DNA of 52,088 nucleotides, filler included, from Basidiobolus ranarum (taxonomy: Eukaryota), in NCBI GenBank assembly GCA_040143965.1. It is 3 parts of 3 records of this genome, joined end to end, with 100 filler letters (N's around TTAATTAATTAA, not from the genome) between each part and the next. Parts side by side here need not be neighbours in the genome. Positions count along the whole stretch, not along the records: positions 34,833 to 52,088 come from JASJQH010007185.1; 2 more parts are not named here. One strand, 5' to 3'. The position numbers and the translations under genes are program-made. Positions within the stretch are counted from its first letter, which is position 1. The number at the start of each line of letters is the position of its first letter. A model generated the notes under the pieces. That model ran no database searches, had not been told where the DNA came from, and worked only from the letters and a program-made list of their open reading frames with translations. Positions 34,833-49,019 of the stretch are shown in pieces.

Positions 34833-37719
34833 CATATTTATATATGACTTTGTAGACCCATTTGCAACTTATTGGCTTTCTCCCTTTATGGTAGAGGACT
34901 TAAAACCCATGCTTTATTGTCCTGAAGTGAAGAAAACTCATCAGACATTGCTTTTTCCCATAATTTTAATTCTGGACATATCAGAGCTTGATCTAGAGCC
35001 TGTGGCTTATTATAGAATGCGGTATAAGCCTATACATTATCATTGGAAGTGTTCCACCAATTTCTTGGCTTATTGCTCCTTCTGGATGCTCTTCTGGGTC
35101 ATGAATCAGCCTCTGATATAATAGAGACTGGAATATTGGTTGAATAGGGCTCAGATAGAGCTGGATTTTGATCAGACACTTCTTGAATAGTGCTCATTGT
35201 GTTTTCTGGGCAAGAATAGTGGTTTGAGATGCAAAATGTGCTCTTTCATCACAGTTCACATCTCTACATTTAATTAACATCTGATTTTTGGTATCAAACA
35301 GTCTATAGGCCTTAGTTCCATCACAGTAACAAGAAATATGGGATCCAATTTAGAGTGTTTTTGTGCAGAAATTAGGCAATATGCTGTACAATCTAAGATC
35401 CTGAGATGACCCACACTTGGCTTTGAGCAATATGCAGCTTTAAATGGAATAGAGTTTTGTAGCAATCTTTTTGGACATCTGTTTTGATATATATTGTGGT
35501 GGAGACAGAATAAGCCCCATATTTGTAATCTAATTTTTGACCTTGTAATATTGATCATGTCATCTCCACTATGGTTCTATTGGCATTTTCTGCAACTCCA
35601 TTTTGCTGCGGAGTATAATGAACAGTAGTTTGTTGCATAATTCCATGTTTAGAATAAAAGCCAGTAAAGTCTTTTGAGCCATATTCTCCACCACTATCTC
35701 TCCTTAGTACTCGTATTTTTTGTGCTGATTCTGTCCCCACCATTGCTTTGTTGGGCTTCAACATAGCCAAGGCTTCAGATTTTGATTTGAGAAAGACTAC
35801 CCAAATATATCAAGTTTTTTCATCAATAAAGGTCATAAAGTACCTTTTCCCACCTAGTGAGACAATTTGCATGGGCCCACATAGGTCAGAATGAAGCAGG
35901 GCAAAAATGTGAGCGGATTTGATCTCTTCAGCGCTTGAAAACAGCTTTCTGTGATGTATTCCATATATGCAACCTTTGCACAAAGCCAATTTAGTGATAT
36001 TTCCAATTTCTAAGCCTGAAATAAGCTAATTTTGGAGTATTTGGGTCAGTTTTTGTTCCCCAATGATTGCCTAATCTTCTATGCCATCCTTGACATCTTA
36101 TTTTACTGGTTTTGGCCAGTTTGCATGCCTTGAAAGCAATTTGTTAACTTCCAGCTTGTATTAGTTTTGAATTTTGATCCCAGTAGCTAATTTGGTTTCA
36201 TTCAGAACTGTGTCAGTGCATCCAGCCTTACTGAACTCAAAATTGTGTCCTTGAGTTGTTGCTTGGCTTTCTGAGAGTAGATGCTTGGCTATGTTTAGTA
36301 CATAGAGTACATCATCCAATTTTGCAGATGGTGTAGCTAAATTCTGGTTTAATTTGAGTACAACTGCGCCTTCTCGAACTGCATCTAGTGCATTGTCAAC
36401 ACCAGAGTAGACTTTCTTTGTTCAAATTGGCTTTAAGCAGGAAAACCAATCTTTTTTGTTTGACATATGCTGCAAAGCTTCTGAAAAAATGTGCCATATT
36501 TCTGAGTCTTCTTTAGTTATGACTGATAGGGCAGACACAGATAAACAATCCCTATCAGTGCTTACTTGATTTGCCTGTTTCTGTTTTAGCAATTTTAGCT
36601 TTTTGGCAAAAAATCCTTTCGCTGCAATCTTTGATTGAATGGCCTGGTTTCTTGCAATACTTGCAGATGATTGATTTCCTATTAGAGGCACTATTATTGG
36701 AGCCTGTTGGACATTTACAGCTTCAAAAATAGTTGTTTGGTATTATTTAGCTGAGAATTAGATCTCCTTAACTTCTCATCCAAAAGCCTAGCACAACATA
36801 TTCCATTATTAATGGCTCTGATCTATATTCTAGGGCAATTTTGAGGTTTACAAGCTTGTCTACCAGGCTTTGAAGTAGTGTCATTACTAAGTCATCCTTA
36901 CTTGGAGGTGCTTCAATGGATGAGAGCAGATCTACCATAGGTTTTATCCAATTTATGTGATTACACATAGAATTATCAGAATTCATCTGAATTGAGAACA
37001 GGTTTTGCCTACAATATTGCCTATTAGCCAGACTATTTGTTGAATATAGACACTCAAGTGTTTCCCATGCGTTTTGGATGTTTTTGACAAATTGTATGTG
37101 CCTCAATTGAGAGTCTCTGAGATGTAGAAAAAGTGTAAAGATTGCTTTCCTCTTCTTCTTGTGAAAGGCAAGAACAGCCTCTGGAGGTCACTTTGGCTCT
37201 TTTTCTTCTCCTGTAATAAATCCCCAAAGGACCTTGTCTTCTGGCACCATTTTCATCTTAAACTTCCATAGGTGGAAGTGTTCACCTTCAAACTTCTCTG
37301 TGGATGCAAAAACATTGGTAATAGTACTGGAAGACATTCCTTCAACAGCTAGCTTGAGGCTCAAAACCTGATCAAAGTGTTTAGGGGATTTGGATGTGTT
37401 ATGGACAAGATTTAGATTTGTGAATTAGACACTTAAGTTGGTAGAATTGAATATGTCCAATTTATGTTTTACTATGTAGAAGGACTATTGAACATGCTTA
37501 GATCATAACAAACATGCATGTTAAGCATTGATGAAAGTTTGAGATGATTTGCAGTAGATTTGAGAAAATAGTGAAAATTGCTAAAAGTGATCTAATTGAT
37601 ATTTTGATCAAATAAAGCAGTAAATACACATTTTTGAAAGACAGAATTGAGTACTATATAATCAGAATATGAATAACGTAACTATTAAATAATGAGTTGC
37701 AATTTACCTAATTTCAACA
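34833..37719 (-). mobile_element. Decayed Ty1/copia LTR retrotransposon family A (5' LTR, gag, PR, IN, start of RT; cut by the contig end)
   Basis: 5' LTR 37369-37719 (TGTTGAAATTAGG...TGATCA) and PBS GGTTTTGAGCC (37358-37368). gag MSSSTITNVFASTEKFEGEHFHLWKFKMKM; integrase HSDLCGPM, RRDSGGEY, YTPQQNGVAENANRTIVEM; RT start KPISCKWVYK. Many stops and frameshifts. Confidence 0.93.
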
Positions 37720-40700
37720 TTATTTAGATATCTTAGGCTTTGTATAACAGTTGTGATGAGAATCAAGAGCTTCAAGAATCTCATTGTGATTAGTCTCTAT
37801 ATAAGCACATACTTGATTGATCAGGCATACACAAACAACATCAATACAATTTAACAGCATACTAATGATGGAAAAATTGCTAAACCTCTAAATTTTTCAT
37901 AGTGCTGACACTTAGCAAAAAGCTGATGACTGTTACCATTGACAATGAGAATAAGCTCTTGGTTTTTGGCAAATTGCTGTCAAGAATTCAGCCAAAATAT
38001 CCCCAACTTGCAGTCAACAGATATCTTGCCACAAGTTGATGTGTCTTTGCTTGAATTGATTACCCCATGGCTGAAACAACAATACTTGATAACTTGATCT
38101 ATCTTACCAATAGGTCTGTTTTGCAGCTTACCTAGAAATACTGATGGATTATCACACAAAAAAAATAGTCCAAATTATAGAGACACTTACTTGGTATCCA
38201 TGGATTAGGTTTTACTGCTACTATTGTGGTCAAACAATGTGAAAACCCATGAGCACAATGAAAGAAGCCTTTTGTTGGAAGGTTAAAATACTTGGAGCCT
38301 CCTTGACTCACCACATTAAATCCATCACTGATTTTGATGATATATTGTTGAACATATTAACATATGTTATTACAAACCATTTCACACTGGGCATCATTTC
38401 ATCACTGGTGTACTTCAGGAGTAACACCAAAAGTATATAGCTAAAGCCTAAAATCTCTAAGCATTATGAAAGAAATAGCAGAGAATGTATTTAATACCGG
38501 CATAGATTTGGTCTATCTTCTTTAAACCTGTAATAAAATCCTTCAAATATAATCACAAAATCTTTGAACAGTTGCTGTAGCTGCCTCAGATTTGCCAATG
38601 AGAGTTGATGCTAGCAGAATGTACTAACAAAATTCACAAACAACTCCCAATGTGTCCAATACTTATCAGGCAGAAATCTTTTCAAGATTCCACTTCAATA
38701 TATACAAACATAATATTTCCAGTCTGTGCATTTAATAAACACCTAGATGGTGGATATTGATGGAAGTCCAGGTAAGATAGGATGGTATCTTGATGATTTC
38801 AAGCTTTTTCCCAATTTATTGAAACTTTGATCCTGTCTCAAATGGCTCATTTTTACTGAGATTTCCACTACATAGCTGAGTATGTAGTATTGGAATGTTG
38901 CTGAATAGTGAGTTTGTAGCGCCTAATGAGAAGCTCTGGCTCCTGCTGATCTCCTTTAGCAATATAATCTTAGGTTTGTGGCTAATCCCAAGCTTGATGT
39001 AATACAACTACTTGATGAATTGATATCAGTGAGCATGCTCAAATCTGACCAGGATCTTTATGGTAAAGTCATGGAGTTTAGTTTTGTATTTGGATAGCTG
39101 TGATGCATATGCTTGATAGAGCAAACTTCTTTTGTTTGACAAAATCTACAGTACAATAGTGCATTGTGCCTACAAAAACCTCCAAGTTTACTAATGGCAG
39201 GAGTGTCACCAATACATACAATCATATTAGCTTTCATAAAATATTTGTACATCTGACCTCATTAGAAAACCATTCAAATTCCATTATCTAAGGCTCTATC
39301 AAGCTATCTATAAGCACTGGTGAGTTAGGTCTAGATATAATGAATAGTATTAGAATATTATTACTGTTATACCATTTGGAAGAAGGAAGATTTAAGTTAA
39401 TTTAAATTATTGGCCAGCAAGCCTTTCCAAAGGTATATTTGTTTAGTGAGAATCCATCCTGAGCCAATGTGAATGTATGATCATATGTGTTCTCAAAGAA
39501 GCCTTGACTTGCCAGATTCCGGTAGTGATATCCATTAAGTATATTGTTAATACCCTTAGCTTTACAGTGAGTACTTCAGTATTGGATCACTGATCTAAAT
39601 TTGGATGATTTCATCAAATCTTTAAGATGGGGAATCAAAGGTATTTAAGCCAAATATGAACAATATTAAACTGATTCAGTGAGTGCCAATTGTGTGCAAA
39701 CCGTACATAAGTTCAGGTTTCTCAGAACATCAGTGAATGCCAAGCAGTTGTATGGACATGAAGGTTGCTTAATTACTGAAGGATTATAAGTCATACAATT
39801 GACAAGTGCTTTCCACTTGTACCAGGTCTGTGGCAAGCAACAGTTGTCAATCAACTGTGGTAAAGTTTTAAGAAAACCAATAAGCACTTGGTTGCTAGGA
39901 TTAGATTGAACTCTCCACTCCTTTATAATCAAAGCTACATCCTTTACTGCAAGTGTTATGAGTGGACTATTGCTTGCCAATAGCAATGAGTTCATAACAT
40001 AACTGGCATCTTCTTCTTCAACTTCTGATATACTACTATCAGTACTGGAATAACCAAGGTCAACATCTAGCAGCATGTCTTCAAAGTTGTCTGGACTTGC
40101 TGGTTTGACCAAAGTTGAAGTTCTCCCACTTCATTTGGGCCATATAACTGTGGTAACTCCACAGTATCTTGACTTTTGGCAGTGTTGCCAAAACTTTGCT
40201 TTGAGGTAAAACACAGCCAGTGGACTCAGTGGGCAAAACTAAAGTTGATTCTGTGCACTTATTACTGATGAGATTTACCTGGCTTTCTGCAGCATGTGGT
40301 TTTGTACAGTGAACATGCTTGTGATTATTTTTTCTATGAAGCCTCTGCCATTCATAGCACAAGAAGTTGTGATAATAATAGCAGGGTTTCTTTTAACATT
40401 TGTGTTGCAGCATCAAAAGGATATTGAAGAAAAAGAACACCTCCTATGGAAGAGTTGTCCATCAGGTATAACCCATGAATATCATTGTCTGTTTCCAAGA
40501 CAGTGTTGCATATGAGTCATCAGGGGATTTACAAGATATTTCCAGTAATGGATGGCAATTTTGGTTTATTATAGGCTGTTTTTAAGCAAATCTATTACAC
40601 CAAGTGTACCATCTGAAATTTTCAATGCCATTCAAAAAGCATTCAAATTCTAAGTCAAAGTTGACTTTCAAACAAAAGCCTGCTGGCCCAAGAGGAAATA

Positions 40701-40949
40701 AACCAGCATGAACAAAGAGTTGAATTGATGAGCTGCCTAGCAATCCACTATCCACTTCAGTTGGCATCAACACACCAGAAACTAGCTCAAGTAATGATGA
40801 AGCATTAATCTTTTTACCAGAAGTATTCCTTTCCAGCAATGGTGCAAGTGAAGAGATTTTAATCCCTCAATTACATAGTGAAACAACATTTGAGTAAAGT
40901 TCAATATAAACATGGTCAACACTATCAACTTAGGCTACTTTGCAACAAT
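37720..40949 (-). mobile_element. Decayed CACTA/EnSpm-like (Transposase_21 / Tnp2-type) DNA transposon relic
   Basis: Fragments SCPYNCLAFTD...CTVC, QDGFSLNKYTFGKACWPII*INLNLP and CIGDTPAISKLGGFCRHNALLYCRFC resemble CMC-superfamily transposase motifs. Homologous copies at 46380-48120 and 49020-50130. Boundaries are approximate. Confidence 0.7.
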
Positions 40950-40954
40950 TGAAC

Positions 40955-43900
40955 TGTTGAAATTAGGTAAATAGCAACTTGTTATTAGTAGTTAGATTAA
41001 TCATATTCCAATTATATAACACTCAACTCTACCATTCAAAAATGAGTCTTTATTGCTTGAATTGAAAGTAATATCAATTAGATCACTTTTACCAATTTTC
41101 ACTATTTTCTCAAATCTTCTCCAAATCATCTCATATTTTCATGCATGCTTAAAAGGCATGTTTGTTATGATCTAAGCATGTCCAATAATCTTATTTCATG
41201 GTCAACTATAAGTAGGACATATTCAGTTCAATAAAACATAGGTGTTAAATGCACAAGTCCAAATCTCTTTTGCAAAAAACTTTGAAATCCCCTAAACACT
41301 TTTATCAGGCTATGAGCCACAAGCTGCCAGTTAGAGTAATGTCAACCATTAATTTTATCAATGTTTTTGTATCCATAGAGAAGTTGTATGGTGAAGACTT
41401 TCACCTTGGGAGGTTCAATTAGCAAATGTTGCTAGAAAACAAGGACCTTTGGGATTTGTTACAGGAGAAGAAATAGAGCCAAAGGGACCACATGAGGCTA
41501 TCCTGGCCTTTACTAAGAAGCAGAGGAAAGCACTCTCTGCACTTTTTCTACTTCTCCAAGACTCTCAATTGAGGCACATATAATCAGCCAAAAATGTCCA
41601 AACTGCTTGAGAAACACTTCAGGGACTATATGAGACTAAAAGTCTGGCTAATAAGCTCTAACTTGGGAAAAAATACTCTCTATTCAGAGGTACTCTGATG
41701 ATACTGCACTTAATCTTATAAATCAGAAAAAAGCTATGGCAGATGAGCTCTCATCCATTGGAGCACCTCCAAGTAAAGATGATTTAGTAATGACACTTCT
41801 TCAAAGCCTGGTAGACAAGCTAGGGAACCTCATAATTGCCCTAGAATCCAGATTAGAGCCATTAACAATAGAATATGTTGGTGGCAGGCTTTTGAATGAA
41901 GAATTTAAGAGATCTCATTCTCAGCAAAATAATGCAGATCAGGCATTTTTTATTTAAGCTTCAATAACTGTGCCCCTGATAGGAAATTAATTGTCAGCAA
42001 GAATTGCAAGAAACCAGGCCATTTAATGAAGGATTGCTGAAAAAAGATTTTTGCCAAAAAGCTAAAACAGAAACATGCAAATCATGTAAGCACTAATAGG
42101 GATCATTTATCTGTGTCTGCCCTATGAGTCACAACTAAAGAAGACTCAGGAATATGGCACATTTTTTCAGGAGCTTTGCAGCATATGGCAAACAAGAAGG
42201 ATTGGTTTTCCGGCTTAAAAGCAATACAACAAGCAAAGTATACTCAAGTGAAGACTATGCACTAGACGCAGTTGGTAAGGGCACTGTTGTGCTCTATTTA
42301 GACCAAGATTCAGCCACACCATCTTCAAAATTGGATGATGTACTCTATAGACCAATGTAGCCAAGAATCTACTCTCAGTGAACCAATCAACTACTCAAGG
42401 ACTAAATTTTGTGTTTAGCAAGGCTTGATGCATTATCACAGAGTAGAATAATATCAGATCAGCCACTGCAATCAAAACTCAAAACTTGTACAAGTTAGAA
42501 TCGACATATTGCATTCTGAGCATGCAAACTTGAACAAACCTGGCAATATAAGCTGTCAGATATGGCATAGAGGATTAGGCTACAATGGGGAATACAAACT
42601 GACCCAAATGATCTGAAATCAGCATGTTTCAGGCTCAGAAATTGAAAATATCACTAAATTGGATCCGTGTGAAGGTGAAAATATATGGATAATAGCACAG
42701 ACAGCTGTTTTCAAGCTCTAGAGAAGTCAAATCCACTTCAAATTTTGCCCTGCAACATTTTGACCTATGTGGGCCCTTGAAAACATTTGCTAGGTGGCAA
42801 AAGGTACTTTGCTACCTTGATTGATGAGAAAACAAGTTATACTTGTGTATTCTTTCTCAAATCAAAATCTGAGGCCTTAGCTATGTTCAAGCATTACAAA
42901 GAAATAGTAGAGAAAGATTAAGCACATGAAATATGGGTCCCAAGGAGTGATAGTGTTAGTTAATACTGCTCCAAAGACTTCACTAGTTTCTGTCTAAATA
43001 TGTAATCAAGCAACAAACTACTGTATGTTGTACTGCAGAGCAAAATGGAGTTGCAGAATGTCCTAATAGAACCATAGTGGCGATGTTAGGATCAATGTTA
43101 CCAGAACAAAAGATAGATTACTAACATTGGGCCATATCTGTCTCCAGTGCAGTCTGTATTGAAGACAGATGCCAAACAAGCTTGCTTCAAGTTTCTACTC
43201 CATTTGAAGCCCTATATGGATCAGAATCAAGTATGGATTATCTCAAGATCTCAGCTTGCATAGCATATTGCTTGAATCCAGCTCAAAAATGCTATTACTT
43301 GGAACCCAAAAGCAGTAAATGCTTATTTCTTGATAGATCTAATGGATCTAAGTCCTACAGATTATTTGATATGGAAAATCAGAAGCTAACTAAGTTCAGA
43401 GGTGTGATGTTTGATAGAAAAGCAAATTTTGCACCATAAATCACAGTTCTGGATCCATAAAACACAATCAGCACTATTCCGCTAGTGTCTGACCAAATTC
43501 CAGCTGAAACAGAGCCTTAGTCAACCAAGTTTTCACTCTCATTTATATCAGAGGATGATTCAGGACCCAGAATATCATTTTGATCAAGACACAAGCCAGG
43601 CAACTTGTGGAACACTTCCAATACTAGATTTAAATGCTTATGCAGCATTCTGAGACAAGCCACAGTCACTATATCAAGCTCTAAGTGGCCGGAATCACAA
43701 CCAAGGGAAAAAGCAATGTCTGATGAATTTTCTTTGGTTCAGGATAATAAAACATGTGTTTCAAGCCCTCTTCTATCAGGGACAAAGCCAATAGGTTGTA
43801 TATGGGTCTACAAAGTAAAATACTAAGCTGATGGAACCATACCCAGGTACAAAGCAAGACCAGTTGTAAAGGATCATTCCCAGACTTCAGGAATTGATTT

Positions 43901-45348
43901 TTTTAAAATTATGCTTGAGTAGCTAGTTTGAGCTCCATTAGATCAATCCTGGCACTCTCAGCCATCCATAACCTTGGTTTACCTGAGATGAATGTAAAAA
44001 CAGCCTTTCTGAATGGAAATCCGGAGAAGTAATCTGTATGCAGCCACCAGATGGATTTGTTGATCCGAAACAGCCTGAAAGGTTATGTAAACTGCAACAA
44101 TTGCTCTATGGAGTCAAGCAAGCACCCAGTACATGGTGCAACAAAAGAGATACCTATTTGGAATCATTGGAATTCCAAAGATATATAGCAGTTCACAGTA
44201 TTTACATCAAAACATTCAGTGATTGAATCCATTTCTTGGCAGTATATGTAGATAACTTGATCATAGCTACAATGTTCCAGAATCTGTTAATCTGACAATA
44301 AAGCAGCTTTTTAACCAATTTCAGATGACTGATATAGGTAAATTAAGTTATTTTCTTGGAATCCAAATCAAGAGAGATAATATTTGGAACATGTCACGAT
44401 ATTGCTGTGGAGGTAGGAACTGGCTGCCAATATCTTAGAAATCCAGGAACTGAACACAAAACTGCAGTAAAGGAAATAATCAGTATTTTAGAGGAACTGA
44501 CAATTTAGTTCTGATATTATCTACCACTCCTGATAAACAGAATTTTGAAGGTTACTGTGATGGAGACTGGGGAAGAAACCTTGATGTTAGAAGAACAACA
44601 ACTGGGTACACTATTCTCTATGGATATGGATCCATAACTTGGAATTCTAAGAAGTAACCAGCTGTAGCACTCTGCTACTACACAAGAAGCTATGTGGTTG
44701 AGGAAGTTATTTTCAAACTTATGATACATGCAAAGATGTGCTACTACTGTATTTGAAGATAATCAAGGTTGTATTTCATCAGCTAAAACCCTACATTTCA
44801 CGCTAAAACAAAACATCCAGATATTAGGCATCATTTTATTAGAGAAACAATAGAGAATAGTATAATTGAACTTGCCTATTGCCCTACTGAAGAAATGATT
44901 GTTGACTTCCTAACATAATCTTTAGCCAAGGCACAATTTCAATCATTAACATATACATTTGGTTTAAGAGAAGTACAAAATGATTAATTGAGTGGGAATA
45001 CTAAAATTAGGTAAATAATGACTCATTACTTGGAAGTTAGTTTGTTCATATTCTGAAGGTTTAGCACTCAATTTACTACTCAAAAAATGTGATTATTACT
45101 CTAATTGATAGAAACATCAATTAGATCACTTTTTCCAATTTTCACTATTTTCTCAAAACTTCTGCAAGTCATCTCAAATTTTCACCCATACTTAACAGGC
45201 ATGTTTGAAGTGATCTAGGCACTTCCAATAGTCTTATTTCACACTAAACTTTAACTAGGACATAGTCAATTCAATAAAACTTAAGTATCTCATTCCCAAA
45301 GCCTAATTGTGTCCAAAGCACTTCCAAATCCACTAAACACTTTTGTCA
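40955..45348 (+). mobile_element. Decayed Ty1/copia LTR retrotransposon family A with both LTRs and 5-bp TSD TGAAC
   Basis: 5' LTR 40955-41307, 3' LTR 44999-45348, TGAAC at 40950-40954 and 45349-45353. PBS GGCTATGAGCC 41308-41318, PPT-like TTGAGTGGGAA 44988-44998. Order is gag-PR-IN-RT (VKTAFLNG, LYGVKQAP, VYVDNL)-RNaseH (TKHPDIRHHFIRE). Confidence 0.95.
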
Positions 45349-45825
45349 TGAACAACCCTCCATAAAAAAGTTGGATAGAATTACTGCAACCAGAAAATTG
45401 CAGGCAGAGCACTATAATGATTTGTATGCAAACATAGGTAAAAACTACAAAGTTGCTACAAAGGCCACGGCAAACAATAAAGCCACAATATGGCAATTGA
45501 TGTGGTAATCTGGAACTATTAGTCAGCAGTTACAGATTCACTCAACAAAGATACAAATCCTTGAGAATGCTGTACTTGAGCAACTGCAACATGCTGCTCC
45601 CTCTGTCCATTGTCATATGGGATTTCAATCAATCCCACACCATACATATGAAAACCACTGTGACAATCTAGCAGAGCAGAATAAGTGTAGGACCATAAGG
45701 TATATGCAATGACCTAAAATTGCTTGGGCATATGAAAAATAAATTACATAGGAAAAGCAGCAAACCAAAAGGATCTGAATGTCAGAGCTGCCATCATGTG
45801 CTCTGATGATGAGCAGTTTAATGTT

Positions 45826-46369
45826 GTGGAAACTAAGCAAAATCTTGCCCAAAATCAACATCAAACTTGACATTCAGTCTGGTGTTGATTGTGCAGAAAT
45901 CTGGGAAGAACTTAATACAAAATGGCACAATATTGCAGGGAATCTGCCAGATAGCTGGAAGAATGTTGATTCAACAACATTAACACAATAGTGGGCTTTG
46001 ATGAAGATATTTATAAAAACTTGTGTTGGATATGATTTAAGCCTTGGGTATGAGGAACTCTATAAAAATATTCAGGCAATTATAGCAAAGAAAGTGGGAA
46101 TATTGAAGATGATAATTAGCATTTAAGTGGTAAATGTGTAAAATTTGAGTTAGGCTTTTTGCACATGTGCTGATCCATAGTTCTCTGAGATTGTAGCTAA
46201 TCATGTGTGCTATTTGGTCAGATCTTGCAATTTCATTCCTGAAGCTAAAAAAATTGATTAACATCAGTTCTAACTTGACTATTGCATTTAAGTAAGTAAA
46301 CAGTCAATCCAACATGGATTAACATTGTGACATTTTTCCTACAATCATAATTCTCAAATTTCTGTTAGG
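45826..46369 (+). repeat. Unclassified decayed repeat, copy 1
   Basis: Aligns by eye to 51223-51753 (IQSG.D.A.IWEEL.T.WHNIAG...DS.K.VD; both end TTTCTGTTAGG). Confidence 0.75.
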
Positions 46370-46379
46370 AAAGACAACT

Positions 46380-48120
46380 CAAAACTCCATGATTTTACTG
46401 TCAAGGACCAGGTTGTATTTAACATCCTCATTGATATATATTCACCAATCATTCAGTCTAAGATTAACTTTGGAATTAGCCACAAGGCTAAAATCAAATG
46501 GCTAAAGGGGATCAGCTGGTGCCAGAGCTTTCCAATAGGCACTATGCACTTACTATGAAGCAACATTCCAATACTACTTACTTGGCTGTACAGTGGAAGA
46601 TGCAATCCTAATAAGCCATTTGGATAGGATCAAAGCTTGAATCATTTGGGAGGATGCTTCAAAATATCAAGATACCCTCATATTTTACCAGGACTCCCAT
46701 CAATATCCTCTAGTCTAGGTGATATTTAATTACAATGACTGGAAGTATTGGATTTGTATATATTCATGTGTGATCTTGAAAAGATTTCTGCCTAGTAGCA
46801 ACTGGCAACATTGAGAGTTATTTTTGGATATTGTTGATATGTTCTTGTAGCATCAACTCACATTGGCAGATCACAGGCAGATACAGTAACTGTGCAAAGA
46901 TGTTGTAATTGGATATGAAATACTTTATTACAGGTTTGATGAGCATGCTCTGAATCTATGCCAGTATTTAATACATTCCTGCTGCATTTCTCACAATGCT
47001 TAGGTATTATATGCCCTTGCTATACACTCTTGAAGTTCCCAATGGAGGGCATCTGCAGCAAAACAATGCTCCATGTGAAATTGTCAGTATCATCATTTGC
47101 TAATCTGATAAAACAAAATATCAGTAAAATGAGAGATGGATTTAATGCAACAGGTAAGGGAAACTCCAGACTATATCAGACTTAAAACAAAGAGCTATTT
47201 TCAATATGTTCTTGGGTTTTTAATTGTTTGAGCACAATAACAGCAACAAAACCCAATACATCAACACAGAGTAAGTCTCTCTATGATTTGCACTATTTTG
47301 TTTATGTAATAATAAGATGGTATTTCAAGGAAAGCTACAAGACCGGCCTCTAGGTGCACTAGATCAAGATACAAAGTACTATTGTTTTAGCCACAGGCTA
47401 ATATATTCAAGCAATGACATACCTAATTTGGGCAGGACATCTGTTAACTACAAATTGAGGATGAATTAGCAGAATTCCTTTTGGAAATTTGCCAAAGTCC
47501 AAGAGCTTATTCCCTTTGTCAATAGTAATAAGAGTCATCTATTTGCAAAGTGCCAGTGCTACTCTAAATCTCAGATCTTTAGCAATTTTTCCACCTTGAG
47601 TTTGCTGGTAAAGCATATTGATGTTGTTGAGTTATGTCTGCTCAGTCCAGTATGGGCATATGTAGAGACTAAAAGCGACAAGATTCTGATATTATTTGAT
47701 TTTCATTATGGCTGGAGTATATAGCCTAAGATATCATACTAAAGGCATGCGTACTAATTTGAATTGCTGTAGCATTGCCTTAAAATATTGATGAAATCAT
47801 CAAAATTTAAATCATTAATCTGATACCAATGTACTCACCATAAAGCTGATGGTAATACCAATATACTTGAAGGGTATCACTACCAGAATCTGAAAAGTCA
47901 AGGTTTCTTTGAGAACACATATGATCATGCATTTGCATTGGCTATGGATAATTTCTTACTAAACAAATATGCCATTGGAAAGGCTTGCTGGTTAATTGTT
48001 TAAATTAACTTAAATCTTCCTCCTTCTGAATGATATAAGAGTCATAATGTCTTGATACTATCCATTGTATCTGGACCACAATCACCTGGGCTTATAGAGA
48101 GCCTCTTAGAGCCTTGGATT
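46380..48120 (+). mobile_element. CACTA/EnSpm-like transposon relic fragments (rearranged)
   Basis: 46380-47760 matches the reverse complement of ~37730-39060. 47820-48110 matches the reverse complement of ~39300-39590 (GKACW.I..INLNLP motif). Confidence 0.72.
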
Positions 48121-48151
48121 GGATAGCACAAGGGGCTCACATGGGTGATTT

Positions 48152-48477
48152 TGATGAAAGTGTTTAGGGGATTTGGAAGTGTTTTGGACAAGATTTGGAT
48201 TTGTGAATTAGACACTTAGGGTTAAGTTTTATTGAATTGAATATGTCCTATTTATAGTTTACTATGAAATAGGACTATTGGATGTGCTTAGAACATAACA
48301 AACATGCTTGTTAGCATGGGTGAAAATTTGAGGTGGTTTGAAGAAGTTTTGAGAAAATAGTGAAAATTGGTAAAAGTGATCTGATTGATATTTCTATCAA
48401 TTAGAGCAATAAACACACATTCATGAATGACAGAATTGAGTACTAAATAATGAGTAGCTATTTACCTAATTTCAACA
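48152..48477 (-). mobile_element. Solo LTR of copia family A (326 bp, ~25-bp internal deletion)
   Basis: Homologous to 37369-37719; ends TG...TTTCAACA; flanks GATTT/TATTT (4/5 TSD match). Confidence 0.88.
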
Positions 48478-48501
48478 TATTTTTTCTTTAAAGTTAAAAT
48501 C

Positions 48502-48848
48502 TGTTGAAATTAGCATTGCCTAAACGTCTATACAGTCATATATAACTTAGTACTTAGTTATCTTCTAACTCACTAAGATATTATCAATTATTCTCAACTG
48601 GAACTTACTTAAAATATTTTTACCAACTTGGAAGTTCCCAGATAAATATATTTTTCAAACTTGTGCTAGAAGCCCTAAACTTTGCACACATATTCCGTGG
48701 ACTTTCCTTAACACATTCTACATGTTAGTTTGTTAACATCTTGACAAAACTATAAATGTAAACTTCCTACTCAATAAATTAACAAGTAAAACCACCAATT
48801 CCTTTGAATCTCCAAACCACTTCCAACAGGCTCTCAAATGCTTTAACA
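48502..48848 (+). mobile_element. Solo LTR of copia-type family B (347 bp)
   Basis: TGTTGAAATTAGCA...TTTAACA; flanks AAATC/ATATC (4/5 TSD match); homologous to 18989-19333. Confidence 0.82.
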
Positions 48849-49019
48849 ATATCATGATATGAATTGGTGACACTCCTGCCATCCATAAACTGGCAGGTTT
48901 TGGCAGGCACATTACACTATCTTGATATAGATTTTTTTGGATGAATGGTAGAAAATGCAATTTGAAGGAGCAATTTGAGATAGGATCAAGATTTAAATGA
49001 ATTGGGTAAATATTTAAAT

